This document shows positions 35,801 through 45,200 of a stretch of 64,000 bases of DNA, piece by piece. The notes under the pieces are model-generated. The model saw only the letters and a program-made list of their open reading frames with translations. It did not search any database and was not told the DNA's origin. The stretch's first letter is position 1; every line of letters starts with the position of its first letter. Source of the stretch: Spirochaetia bacterium (GTDB lineage Bacteria; Spirochaetota; Spirochaetia; SZUA-6; Bin103). A program made the position numbers and the translations under genes. Location of the stretch: contig OZ241907.1 in NCBI GenBank assembly GCA_965203515.1, positions 192,001 to 256,000 of the forward strand, given 5' to 3'.

Positions 35801-36210
35801 TGGCGCTGCAGACCGAGGCCGACCGGTACGATCGGCGCGCCGATCGGGTGACGCTGATGAGCCTGCATGCGGCCAAGGGCCTGGAGTTTCCGGTAGTGTT
35901 CATCGTCGGCTGCGAAGAGGGGCTGCTACCGTACCGGACGCCGCACCGGGACACCGACTTGGCTGAGGAACGGCGGCTCTTCTACGTCGGCATGACCCGC
36001 GCCCGGCGGCGACTGATCCTGACCCACGCGGCGCGCCGCCTGCTGTTCGGTCGAACCATGGAACACCGCCTGTCCGGCTTCGTCGAGGATATCGAGACGG
36101 CCCTCCGCGAAGCGAGCGCGGCGGCCCGACGCCGCCGGTCAGCAGCGCCGACCGGCGACCGGCAGCTACCGCTGTTTTCCGGGGTCGAAGTGAAAGGAGG
36201 ATCGAGATGA
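32815..36210 (+). CDS. Endonuclease Q (PHP + Zn ribbon) fused to a UvrD/PcrA-like SF1 helicase
   Basis: N-term DLHLHSHYSRATS, PAHIWTPW, SDAHS, EEGKYHLDGHRKC..C, CSACGK, GGYDGEYG; C-term AGPGTGKT, VDEYQD, GDPNQAIYGFRGA, NYRS, HAAKGLEF, EERRLFYVGMTRA. Confidence 0.92.
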   Translation: MKLVADLHLHSHYSRATSRDLTLQHLWKWAQLKGVQVVATGDVAHPGWLAEVREKLEPAEEGLFRLRPEFTEAMAAEVPASCRGTVRFLIGGEISNIYKKRDRTRKVHNIVFSPSFETTANLQAELEKIGNIRSDGRPILGLDSRDLLEIVLQADDRCHLIPAHIWTPWFSILGSRSGFDSVEECFADLTPHIFAVETGLSSDPPMNWRVSWLDRYTLISSSDAHSPPKLAREATAFDTELSYDALFDALAGSGADGYRGTIEFFPEEGKYHLDGHRKCGVCWEPETTIAHGGRCSACGKAVTVGVSHRTEELADRPRGARPASAGPFARLIPLPEALAEMMGAGPNSKRVQAEYFRLLQRLGPELTILRDLPLEEIAAAGDALLAEGIRRMRAGEVRTRGGYDGEYGVIHLFDGEADRASVFQLGMFAPETPAAPETPAAAGPHTAAGATRRDRPVPDGVTQRPPFEARRSGPARAGPPPRTDESIAGLNPSQRAAVIDTDGPLAIVAGPGTGKTRTLTARIAYLVERLRVPPASVLALTFTNAAAREMRERLARMLGDDRTDRIAVGTFHQLGAAVLREFGVAAGIGDSFAIADEQDRRELLKRSVPGMSAADLRRCLEAISIGKNLLAEEPAGVRAAGAGAVRGPDLAEIRDRYHAALVAAGALDFDDLIYRTVRLLETDPAVLQTLQGRFRWISVDEYQDVNPAQHRLLRLLASGGANLCVIGDPNQAIYGFRGADHRYFLSFAGDFPGARQLRLDRNYRSPQAILDAAAQVIARGPEHGDASLIADLAEQVKVDVHRASTERAEAEFVVHQVERMVGGTSYFSLDSGRVDDGDVDVGNAAAHLAFGDFAVLYRLNVQAGPLEEAFDRSGIPYQTTGGAAAAEQRPMRAILSLLWLTLAPDSALHRRRVVPDGAGARGEAAAMELASRLSPPAGAVPAGTVVPVAERVRAAAAGWAELRGTDYDAAEQERIARLQRAAGPFGCRLRDFLTAMALQTEADRYDRRADRVTLMSLHAAKGLEFPVVFIVGCEEGLLPYRTPHRDTDLAEERRLFYVGMTRARRRLILTHAARRLLFGRTMEHRLSGFVEDIETALREASAAARRRRSAAPTGDRQLPLFSGVEVKGGSR

Positions 36211-36998
36211 GTGAAATCGCCGGCTACGACGTCGATCGCCTGATCGCGGAGTTCCGGGTCAACGGGTTCGTGGTCTTTGGCGGATTGATCGCGCAGGCCA
36301 CGCTCGACCGCATCCAGGAGGCATGGACGCCGATCCGCGATGCCGGTATCGAACGACAGGGCCCCAACCCCGCGCGCGGCTGGGGCCGACACAACGTGCG
36401 CGTCCCGTTCCGCCGCCCGTTCGTGGAGCCGGACATCTTCGAGCATCCGGCGTTGGTGGCGTTTCTCGAAGCGGTCCTGGGCAAGGACTACGTCTGGCCC
36501 CACTTCGACAGCAACATTCCGCTGCCGGGCACCGACTACCAGCGCTGGCATCGCGACGGCATGAGCTCCCCGTTTCCGGGCATACGGACGCCGACCTACC
36601 AAGTCGGCGTCAAGTTCCCCCTCGTCGACACCAGCGAGGAGAACGGCAGCTTCGAGGTGATCCCGTGCACGCAGTATGTGGGGGATGACGAGCTGCCGGA
36701 GGAGCTGGACGACCTGCTGGGGCGCGGACCTAACGACGGGAGCACGTTCCGGTCGCGCCGGCTCGACCTCAAGCGGGGCGCGCTGTGGGTGCACGACAAT
36801 CGCGTGCTGCATCGCGGCACCCCGAACCGGTCGAACCGTCCTCGCGATGAGCTCTGCATGGCGATGAGTCGTCCCTGGGTCTTCAACGCCTGGCAACACG
36901 AGTTCACGAAGGGGCACTTCCCCCGCGAGCTGTGGGAATCGCTGCCGGATCACGCGCGGCAGGTGCTGCGCCGGCAACGACTGGCCGAGGAGCGCTGA
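36207..36998 (+). CDS. Phytanoyl-CoA dioxygenase (PhyH) family Fe(II)/2OG dioxygenase
   Basis: QRWHRD (HxD), ENGSFEVIPCT, LHRGTPNRSNRPR. Confidence 0.88.
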   Translation: MSEIAGYDVDRLIAEFRVNGFVVFGGLIAQATLDRIQEAWTPIRDAGIERQGPNPARGWGRHNVRVPFRRPFVEPDIFEHPALVAFLEAVLGKDYVWPHFDSNIPLPGTDYQRWHRDGMSSPFPGIRTPTYQVGVKFPLVDTSEENGSFEVIPCTQYVGDDELPEELDDLLGRGPNDGSTFRSRRLDLKRGALWVHDNRVLHRGTPNRSNRPRDELCMAMSRPWVFNAWQHEFTKGHFPRELWESLPDHARQVLRRQRLAEER

Positions 36999-37000
36999 AC

Positions 37001-37480
37001 GTGAAGCGCAAGCGTCTCTATCTGGCAAATCCGTACGGGTTCTCAGCACAGCAACGCGGAGGGCCGCTGGCCGAGCTGGTCGAGGCGCTGGACGCCGCGG
37101 GGGCGGAGGTGTGGGAACCGTTCGCCCGCAACAACCAGATCGACCGCAGCCGGCCCGGCTGGGCGTACCGGATCGGGCAGGCCGACCTGCGCGACGTGCG
37201 CGATGCGGACGGGCTGTTCGCGGTGGTCAACGGCTGTCCGCCGGACGAGGGGGTCATGGTCGAGCTGGGGCTGGCGATCGCCTGGGAGAAGCCGGTGTTC
37301 CTGTTTCGGGACGACTTCCGGCGCTGCACCGACAGCGAGGTCTACCCGCTCAACCTGATGCTCTTTACCGGTCTGCCGGAGGCGGAGGCGGACTGGAAGG
37401 CGTACTGGTACGAGTCGGTGGCGGAGATCGCCGACCCGGACAAGGCGCTGGCCCGATGGCTCTGCTCGCGCCATGCGTGA
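37001..37480 (+). CDS. Nucleoside 2-deoxyribosyltransferase / dNMP N-glycosidase family protein
   Basis: LYLANPYGFS, WEPF, DLRDV..AD, DEGVMVELGLA (catalytic Glu), NLML. Confidence 0.88.
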   Translation: MKRKRLYLANPYGFSAQQRGGPLAELVEALDAAGAEVWEPFARNNQIDRSRPGWAYRIGQADLRDVRDADGLFAVVNGCPPDEGVMVELGLAIAWEKPVFLFRDDFRRCTDSEVYPLNLMLFTGLPEAEADWKAYWYESVAEIADPDKALARWLCSRHA

Positions 37481-38570
37481 ACCGATCCTGCGCGCCGGAC
37501 CCCACCGCCGCGCCTGGTGTCCGGCCTGGTTCGACGCGCCGCCCGGCGCCGCGCCGCCCGCCTGTCAGGCAGCCGGCGGCCGGGCCGCCTGCATCGTGGC
37601 CGAGCTCGAGGCCGGCGTCGAGCGGGCGCTCGACGAACGCGACCGGCCGGCGGCGAGCGGCGTGGCGGTCGATGAGCGGGAAGGCGCGCTGGCCGTCTCG
37701 GTCGGCGGCGTGCCGTGGTGCCGCTATCGGTACCGGCCCGGGGAGGTGCGCCCGGTGCTGCACCCGATCGCCGGCCCGCACGGCATCCCCATGACCCGCG
37801 CGTGGCCGCTCGCCGGCGGCGTCGCGGGCGAGGAGACCGATCACGTGCACCACCGCTCCTGCTGGGTCGCGCACGGCTTGGTGAACGGCGTCGATTTCTG
37901 GAGCGAGGCCGATGGCCATGGCGTCCAGGTGCGCGTGGCGCTCGACGCGGTCGAAAGCGGTCCGGTGTTCGGCCGGATCGTCGAACGCCTCCGCTGGGAG
38001 GACGCGGCCGGCCAGCCGGTCGTCGACGAGCGGCGCGCGCTGATCTTCTGGAACACGCCGGAGCGGTTGCGGATGATCGACGTCTCCGTCCGCTTGCGGG
38101 CCGCGCACGGCGCGGTGCTGTTCGGCGATACCAAGGAGGGCGGCATCGTCGCGCTGCGCGTGCCGGAGGCGATCAAGGAGGCGCGCGGCGGCATCATCGT
38201 CAACGGGGCCGGCGGCGTCGGGGAGCGTGAGTGTTGGGGGCAGCGCGCCCCGTGGGTCGACTGCTCCGGTACGCTCCCCGACCCGCAGGGCCGGCCCCGC
38301 ACGGTCGGCGTCGCGGTGCTCGATCACCCGCGCAATCCGCACTACCCGACCTTCTGGCACGTGCGCGCCTACGGTCTGCTGGCGGCCAATCCGTTCGGGC
38401 TGTCGTACTACCGCAGCAGCTATCGGCAACGGGGAGACTGGACCCTGGATGCCGGAGCGGAGGCGACCTTCCGCTACCGCATCGTCCTGCATGCCGGCGA
38501 CGCCGTGCAGGCGGCGATCCGCGACCGGTTCGTCGACTGGGCCTGGCCGCCGCAGGTCCTACCGCGCTAG
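37473..38570 (+). CDS. DUF6807 / PmoA-like family protein (beta-sandwich, function unknown)
   Basis: RPVLHPI, DHVHHRSCWVAHG.VNGVDFW, FGDTKEGG, APWVD, DHPRNP..PTFWHVRAYGL.AANPFG. Confidence 0.75.
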   Translation: MREPILRAGPHRRAWCPAWFDAPPGAAPPACQAAGGRAACIVAELEAGVERALDERDRPAASGVAVDEREGALAVSVGGVPWCRYRYRPGEVRPVLHPIAGPHGIPMTRAWPLAGGVAGEETDHVHHRSCWVAHGLVNGVDFWSEADGHGVQVRVALDAVESGPVFGRIVERLRWEDAAGQPVVDERRALIFWNTPERLRMIDVSVRLRAAHGAVLFGDTKEGGIVALRVPEAIKEARGGIIVNGAGGVGERECWGQRAPWVDCSGTLPDPQGRPRTVGVAVLDHPRNPHYPTFWHVRAYGLLAANPFGLSYYRSSYRQRGDWTLDAGAEATFRYRIVLHAGDAVQAAIRDRFVDWAWPPQVLPR

Positions 38571-38576
38571 GCTAGG

Positions 38577-39656
38577 CTAGGCGCCCGGCGGGGACGCATC
38601 GCCGCCCGCCGCGTCCATGCCGCCAGCGTCGTAGCGCACGGCCAGCTTGATGCCGGCGCCGGGGTTCCGGTCGATCTCCCGATACGCGTCCGCGCTGCGC
38701 TCGAACGGAACGATCGGGTCGAGCACGCCGTCGGCCCGCAGCCGGCCTGCGGCCAGCAGGTCGACCGCTTGCCGGTGCAGGCGCTCGCTGGTCCAGCGCG
38801 GATGGGCCCGCAACGGGGCGTTGACGTCCCGGCTGGAGATCAGGGTGAGCTGATTGCGGTGCCACTCCCCCTGCAGGTGCAGGGCGCCGGCGGTGCCGGT
38901 GTAATAGGCGATGGAGGCGACGGTGCCGCCGTACGCGGTCGCCCGCAGGGCGTCATGCAGGCCGGCGTAACTGCCGGACGCTTCGATGCTCACGTCCACG
39001 CCCCGGCTGCCGGAGCGCTGCTTGACGATCGACCCGGCATCGTCGGCCGCCGGATCGATGACCAGATCGGCGCCGTGCGCGGCCGCCAGCGCCCGCCGTT
39101 TGGCGAACGGATCGGAGCACGCCACCCAGCTCGCGCCCTGCAGGCGGGCGAGCTGCGCGGCCATCAGTCCGATCGCGCCCAAGCCGGTGACCAGCACGCG
39201 GTCGCCGAGGCGGATGCCGGAGTCGTGGATGCCGCAGAGCGCCACGGATGCGGGGTCCCAGCATAGCAGCGCTTCCGGGGCGGCGCCGGCCGGCACCGGC
39301 TGCAGCGACTCCTCGGCGACGGTGTGGGTCTCGCGGATCGGCAGCGGGCCGAATACCAGATCGCCCGGCCGGAAGCGGTCCGCCCCCGCGCCGGTCCGCA
39401 CTACCCGCGCCACCCCCTGGTTGCCGAGCGGACGCGGAAACGCCGCGGGCCGCTCGCCGGGCACGTGCAGGCGCAGCTCACGGTCGAACGGCGCCGTCGC
39501 ATCGCGGGTGTCGGCCCGGAACGCGCGCAGCTCGGTGCCGTGCTTGACGACCGAAAGCAGACTGCGCAGGCGCACCTGGCCGGCGCCGAGGTCCGGTTCC
39601 CGATACTCCACCAGGGCGGGCGTACGCGGGGCGGCGGCGATCAGCTCGCGCGGCAT
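38577..39656 (-). CDS. Zinc-binding (MDR superfamily) alcohol/threonine dehydrogenase-like oxidoreductase
   Basis: KHGTE, GDRVLVTGLGAIG Rossmann motif, GVDVSIEASG. Confidence 0.85.
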   Translation of the reverse strand: MPRELIAAAPRTPALVEYREPDLGAGQVRLRSLLSVVKHGTELRAFRADTRDATAPFDRELRLHVPGERPAAFPRPLGNQGVARVVRTGAGADRFRPGDLVFGPLPIRETHTVAEESLQPVPAGAAPEALLCWDPASVALCGIHDSGIRLGDRVLVTGLGAIGLMAAQLARLQGASWVACSDPFAKRRALAAAHGADLVIDPAADDAGSIVKQRSGSRGVDVSIEASGSYAGLHDALRATAYGGTVASIAYYTGTAGALHLQGEWHRNQLTLISSRDVNAPLRAHPRWTSERLHRQAVDLLAAGRLRADGVLDPIVPFERSADAYREIDRNPGAGIKLAVRYDAGGMDAAGGDASPPGA

Positions 39657-39759
39657 GGTCAGACGCGGCGATCATAGCCGATGATGAGCGGCGGCATACC
39701 AGGCCGCCGCTGCCGGACGACCGGCTGCACTGCGCCGGGTGACGCACGGGAGGTGAACA

Positions 39760-41037
39760 ATGAGGAGTCGAGCGAGCATGACCGGCCTGCTGCTGGCGGC
39801 GGTTCTCCTGGTGGCCGGCGCGATCGGCGCCTACGGCCAACAGGAAGCGTCTGGGCCGTTGCGGATCGGGCTGCTGCTGAACTTCGAAGGGGACGGAGAC
39901 CAGGATCTGCGGGCGGCGTTCGATCTGGCGGTCGAGCATCTGAACGAGGGCGGCGGCGTGCTCGGCCAACCGGTGGAGGTGTCGACCGGCGATTCCACGG
40001 TGGATCCGGCCGTGGCGGTAGCGGAAGCGCGCCGTCTGGTCGAGGCCGAGGGCGTTCACGTCCTGGTCGGCCCCGGCACCAGCGCCACCACCATCCCGGT
40101 CGCGGCGCGCGTGACCGGCCCGGCCGGCATTCCGACCATCAGCCCATCGGCCACCTCGCCCCGGCTGACGGCGGTCGATGACCGCGACTTCCTGTTCCGC
40201 ACCGCCCTGTCCGACAGCGCGCAGGGTCCCGTCCTGGCGCGCGTCACCCGCGAGCGCGGGTTCGACAACGTCGCGCTGATCTACCGCGACGACCCCTGGG
40301 GGAGGGGGCTGGCCCAAGCGTTCGCCGCCGCCTGGACCGGAACGGTGGTGTCCGGCTTGGAGCGCGGCGTCCTGGCAGGAAACGGCGCCCGGATCATGGT
40401 CGTCCCGATCGACGCGGCGCAGACGACCTACCTGACCGAACTGCATGAGAGCGCGGCCTCGGGCGCGCAGGCGCTGGTGGTGGCCACCTTCGTGTCCGAA
40501 GGGGTGATCCTGGTCCGGGAGGCGATCGAGCAGGGGCTCTACGAACGGTTCGTATTCAGCGATGCGCTCAAGGACCTGGCCGTGGTACGGGAGATCGGGG
40601 TCGAGCGCGTGGCCGGCGCGTACGGGGTGGCCGCCGCGGCCGATCCGGGGAGCGCCGCTTCGGCCGCGTGGGAAGCGGCCTACCGGGAGAAGTATGGCGA
40701 GCTGCCGGTGCTGGCCTACGTCAAGGAGATATACGACGCAACCATCGCCCTGGGGCTGGCCGCGCAAGCGGCCGGCAGCACCGGCGGCGCGGCGATCCGC
40801 GACCGGCTGCGCGCCGTCGGCAGCGGGCCCGGCACGGTGGTGACCGCCGGTCCGGACGGGGTCGCCGAAGCGCTGCGCATTCTGGCCGCCGGCGGAGCGG
40901 TCGACTATGAAGGCGCTGCGGCCACCCTGGACTGGGACGCGAACGGCGACCTGCGCCGGGGCCACGTCGGCGTCTGGCGCTTCACGGCCGACGGGCAGAT
41001 CGAAGACCTGGACGTCGTGCCGTTCGGATACGAGTAG
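39760..41037 (+). CDS. Branched-chain amino-acid-type (LivJ-like) ABC substrate-binding protein, orphan
   Basis: Signal peptide, LNEGGGVLGQPVE, ISPSATSPRL, FRTALSDSAQG, YDATIAL; no permease or ATPase adjacent. Confidence 0.88.
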   Translation: MRSRASMTGLLLAAVLLVAGAIGAYGQQEASGPLRIGLLLNFEGDGDQDLRAAFDLAVEHLNEGGGVLGQPVEVSTGDSTVDPAVAVAEARRLVEAEGVHVLVGPGTSATTIPVAARVTGPAGIPTISPSATSPRLTAVDDRDFLFRTALSDSAQGPVLARVTRERGFDNVALIYRDDPWGRGLAQAFAAAWTGTVVSGLERGVLAGNGARIMVVPIDAAQTTYLTELHESAASGAQALVVATFVSEGVILVREAIEQGLYERFVFSDALKDLAVVREIGVERVAGAYGVAAAADPGSAASAAWEAAYREKYGELPVLAYVKEIYDATIALGLAAQAAGSTGGAAIRDRLRAVGSGPGTVVTAGPDGVAEALRILAAGGAVDYEGAAATLDWDANGDLRRGHVGVWRFTADGQIEDLDVVPFGYE

Positions 41038-41059
41038 GCGCGCCGCGTCCGACGAGCGG

Positions 41060-42208
41060 TCAGACCGGAAGGTCGGTTCGGTGGGCGGCGGCCAGGCGGC
41101 GGGCGGCGGCGTCCGGCACCCCGGCCTGCGCGGCGAACTCGGGCCAGTGCCGCACGGCGTCCTGGACTTGGGAAAGGATGTCGGCGGCGCGGCCCCGACG
41201 CATGGCGGCGTTGCGGGCGCAGGCAGCGAAGTCGCCGGCGGCGAAGCCTTCGCGTTTGCCGTTCAGCGTCATCTGGTGCGCGCCGGTCCACCGCCCCGCC
41301 GGGTTGTAGCTGTAGGTGATGTCGAACGCCGGCGCCAGCGACCAGCCTCCCGACCGATCCATCAGGAAGGCGATGTTCTTGACGTGATCATCCTGATTGC
41401 GCGCCACGACGTTGAACGCCATGCGCCGAAACTGCTCTTCCACCGCCGGCTTGCCAAGATCGAGCTGCTCGATCACGCGGAGCGCCTGTTCGTAGGAGTT
41501 CGCTCCGGGTCGATTGAAGTCGTAGTGGGCCAGCGCGCCCAATGACTGCATGTGAATCTTGTCGCCCGCGGCCGTGCGGTCGAACCGGCGGGTCATGAAG
41601 TGATTGCGCCCGCCTTCGCTCAGGATCCGGCATTCGGCCATGGTGATGCCCGCGGCCTGCGCCATGCGGTGATAGGCGTATTCGATCAGCCCATAGCCGC
41701 GCGGATCATCGAGCTCGCGGTCGCGGTTGCCCGCTACGCCGTCGAACTTCAGGAGCCAACAGGAAAATCCGTCGCCCGCGGTGATCTGCCCGGAACGCAC
41801 CTCGCCGGTCGCGGGGTTCCAGGCGATGATCGCCTTGGCGCGGGCGCCGCCGGCCGACGTGCCCACGCGCAGGATGCTCTGCAGCGCCTGTTGCCTCTGC
41901 GGCGCACGGCGCTGCGCCGCACGGAACGATCCGGTGAACGCGCCGCGACGGGTCAGTATCTCGCTGGCCAGCTCGACCAGGGCGGCCACCTCCACGGCGG
42001 ACTGGCGGTGCTCCGGCCCGGTGGCGGGGACGAACTCCAGCGCCCCCATGCCGCGCGCGCCGACGTAGCAGAGCCGTTCCACCGAGTTGAAGTCGCCGGG
42101 ACTGCGGCCCTGAGCGGCCAGCCAGGCGTCGATGACGGCATTGCCGAACCGGTCCGGGAGCGAGTCGGCCAGCAGTCCCGGCAGCCCGTGGAACGTCTCC
42201 CGCCGGCT
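41060..42208 (-). pseudogene. hipA: HipA-family kinase toxin, 5'-truncated; no hipB adjacent
   Basis: Homology runs from RRETFHGLPGLLADSLPDRFGNA (about 42208) through TSAGGARAK, LLKFD, RRFDR, NQDDHVKN, APAFDI; in-frame TAG at 42257-59 with no start codon between it and GTG 42082. Confidence 0.8.
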
Positions 42209-42288
42209 GCGCCAAGCCGTCGGATGGACGGTGGTGGCGCCGGGCGCGCGCCTGGGCTACGGTAAGCTCAAGACGCGATCGAGCTGCC

Positions 42289-45200
42289 GTGACGAGTTCA
42301 TTGAGCGAGAAGTTCCAGCGCCTGTTGCGCGAGCTCTTCCAGTTCGACTGCGCCGACCTCGATTTCGGCATCTACCGGGTCATGAACCACAAACGCGGCG
42401 TGATCGAGACGTTCATCGCCGAGGACCTGCCGCGCACCATCGCGGACGAGCTGCAACGCGGCCCGCTCGCCGACCAGGCGCAGGCCGCCGAACGCCTGCA
42501 GGAGCTAGCTCAGCAGATACGGGATGCCTTGGGCGGGAATGCGCTCGACGCCGACGGCAACTTGGTGGTGATGTATCGAGATACCCCGTTGGGCCGGAAG
42601 TTCCTTCGGGCGAAGCGGACCGGCGGCCTCAACCGGGAAGCGCTGGAAGCGACCATCTACAACCATCTGTATGCGTTCTTCAGCCGCTACTATCAGGACG
42701 GCGACTTCATCTCGAAACGGCGCTATTCCAGGCGCCAGCCCTACGCCATTCCCTACAACGGCGAAGAGGTCTATCTGCACTGGGCGAACAACGATCAGTA
42801 CTACGTCAAGTCCGACGAGCATTTCCGCAACTACGCCTTCACGCGGCAGGGCGTCACCGTGCGCTTCACGGTGCGGAACGCGAGCGTGGAACAGAACGAC
42901 GTCAAAGGCGACAAGCGGTTCTTCCTGCCACAGGTCGCAGAGATCACCTGCGATGCGGAAGCCGGCCGCGTGCTCATCCCGTTCGAATACCGGCCCCTGA
43001 CCGGTCGGGAGGAGCTGGTCTACGGCCGCAGGAACCAGCAGGAAGCGATCATCCGCGCAGCCTTGACCGAGGTTCCCCGGCGGTTGCGCGGCGCCGACGC
43101 GGCGGTGGCGGCGCTGACGGCCGAGCGCCATCGCAACGGCGACGGCCGGCCGGTCGACTTCCTCGAATACCATCTCCGGCGCTACACGCGGCGCAACACC
43201 TCCGATTTCTTCATCCACAAGAACCTGCAAGGGTTCCTCACCCGGGAGCTCGACTTCTATCTGAAGAACGAGGTGCTCGATCTGGACGAGCTGGCGGCCA
43301 TCGGCGAGGAAGTGGCCGAAGGTTGGTTCCAGCTCATGCGGACGATCAAGGCGGTCGGGGGGCGGATCATCGAGTTCCTGGATCAGATCGAGAGCTTCCA
43401 GAAGATGTTGTGGGAGAAGCGCAAGTTCATCACCGAGACCCAGTACTGCATCACCATCGGCACCATCGACCGGAAATTCTATCCCGATATCGCCGCCTGT
43501 GACTCGCAATGGGCGGAATGGAAGGATCTGTTCCACCTCGACGAGGACGAAGACAATCTGTTCAATTGCAATGGAGACCGCACTGACCGACGCCTTACCT
43601 TCCTGGAAACCAATCCGACGCTGGTACTCGATACCCGGCATTTCGATTCCGGCTTCGTGGATCGGTTGCTCAACGACATGGATCACGTCGACGATCGGAC
43701 CGATGGTTTGCTGATTCACAGCGAGAACTTTCAGGCGCTCGGCCTGTTGCATGAGTCCTACCGCAACAGGGTCGAATGCGTATACTTGGATCCACCATAC
43801 AATACCGGTGACTCGGAGATTCTCTACAAGAACGAGTATCTCTTTTCTTCCTGGTTGACGATGATGGAAAATCGGCTTTCTCTCATGATGGGATTACTCA
43901 AGGAGGATCCCGTTCTATTCATCGCGATCGACGATTTCGAGATGGCCGATCTCTGCGAACTGATCGACAAGCACTATCCGTTCTTCCGTCGCGAGATGAT
44001 CGTCGTCAATCACCACCCCCAGGGCGGCAAGGCGACGCTGTTGGCGAACACCCATGAGTACATGCTCAGCTGCGTAAGCAAAGGTTCAGGGCGGACATTG
44101 GTGGGACGTATCACGAAAGACGACGATGAACTTCGACCATTCAAGCGCAGCGGGACCGCCGCGAGCAATTTCCGATACGCGCGGCCGAACAGCTTCTATT
44201 CCATATTGGTCGACGCGGAGACCAGGACCGTCGTCGGCGCGGAGCCTCCTCCGGCAAGGAATAATGACGAGTACCCGCGCGATAATACCGAAGAAGGATA
44301 TGTCCGAGTCTATCCATTTGGAACTCAGGGTGAGGAGCGGGTCTGGCGCCGCTCGTATGAGTCGTGCCTGCCGCTGATCAGAGACGGCAAGCTGCAGTGT
44401 AGCAACGGCATGACCATCTACCATCGCATCGAAGTGCAGGATCGCAGTGCCGCGTTGTTCAGCAACTGGGTCGATCCACGATATAATGCCGGCACCTTCG
44501 GCGCCAACCTGCTTGGTGACATAATCGGCGTCCACAACTCGTTCTCCTACCCGAAATCGGTTCACACCGTCGGCGACGCCATCTTCGGGGCAGGTATCGA
44601 AGACGACTCCTGCTGTGTCGATTTCTTCGCCGGATCGGGTACGACCGGGCACGCGGTGATCGATCTGAACCGTGAGGACGGCGGTGATCGTAAGTTCGTC
44701 CTTGTCGAGATGGGCAGGCATTTCGATACGGTATTGATGCCGCGCATCAAGAAAGTGACGTTCACGCCGGAGTGGAAGGCCGGGAAGCCCAAGCGCGCAG
44801 CCACGCCGGAGGAGGCTGAACGCGGCCCGCGCATCGTCAAGTACCATCGCCTGGAGAGCTACGAGGACGCGCTGAACAACATCGCTTTCGACGATGCGGC
44901 CGGTCAGCAGGCGCTGCGGTTCGACGATTACCTGCTCAAGTACCTGCTCACGTGGGAGACGCGCACCAGCGCGACCCTGCTGAACGTGGAGAAGCTGAAT
45001 CGGCCATTCGACTACCGGCTGGGCGTCCATGCCGACGGCCGGCGTCACGAACGGTTGGCGGACCTGCCGGAGACCTTCAACTACCTGCTGGGGCTGCGCG
45101 TGCAAACGCGCCGCGTGCACCACGACGACGGGCGCCGCTATCTGGTCTATCGCGGCAGCGTCGAAGACCGGACGACGGTGGTCATCTGGCGCGAGACGGA

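Noticed and set aside
32278..35868. 1196-aa antisense ORF and other long shadow ORFs (e.g. 1086-3368, 11108-12790, 13458-15077, 28905-30659, 51721-53715)
   Set aside because: They lie opposite well-supported genes and have no motifs; this is expected from stop-codon scarcity at high GC3
37473..38570. Particulate methane monooxygenase subunit A
   Set aside because: Soluble beta-rich protein with no TM helices and no pmoB/pmoC; the PmoA family label is not evidence of methane oxidation
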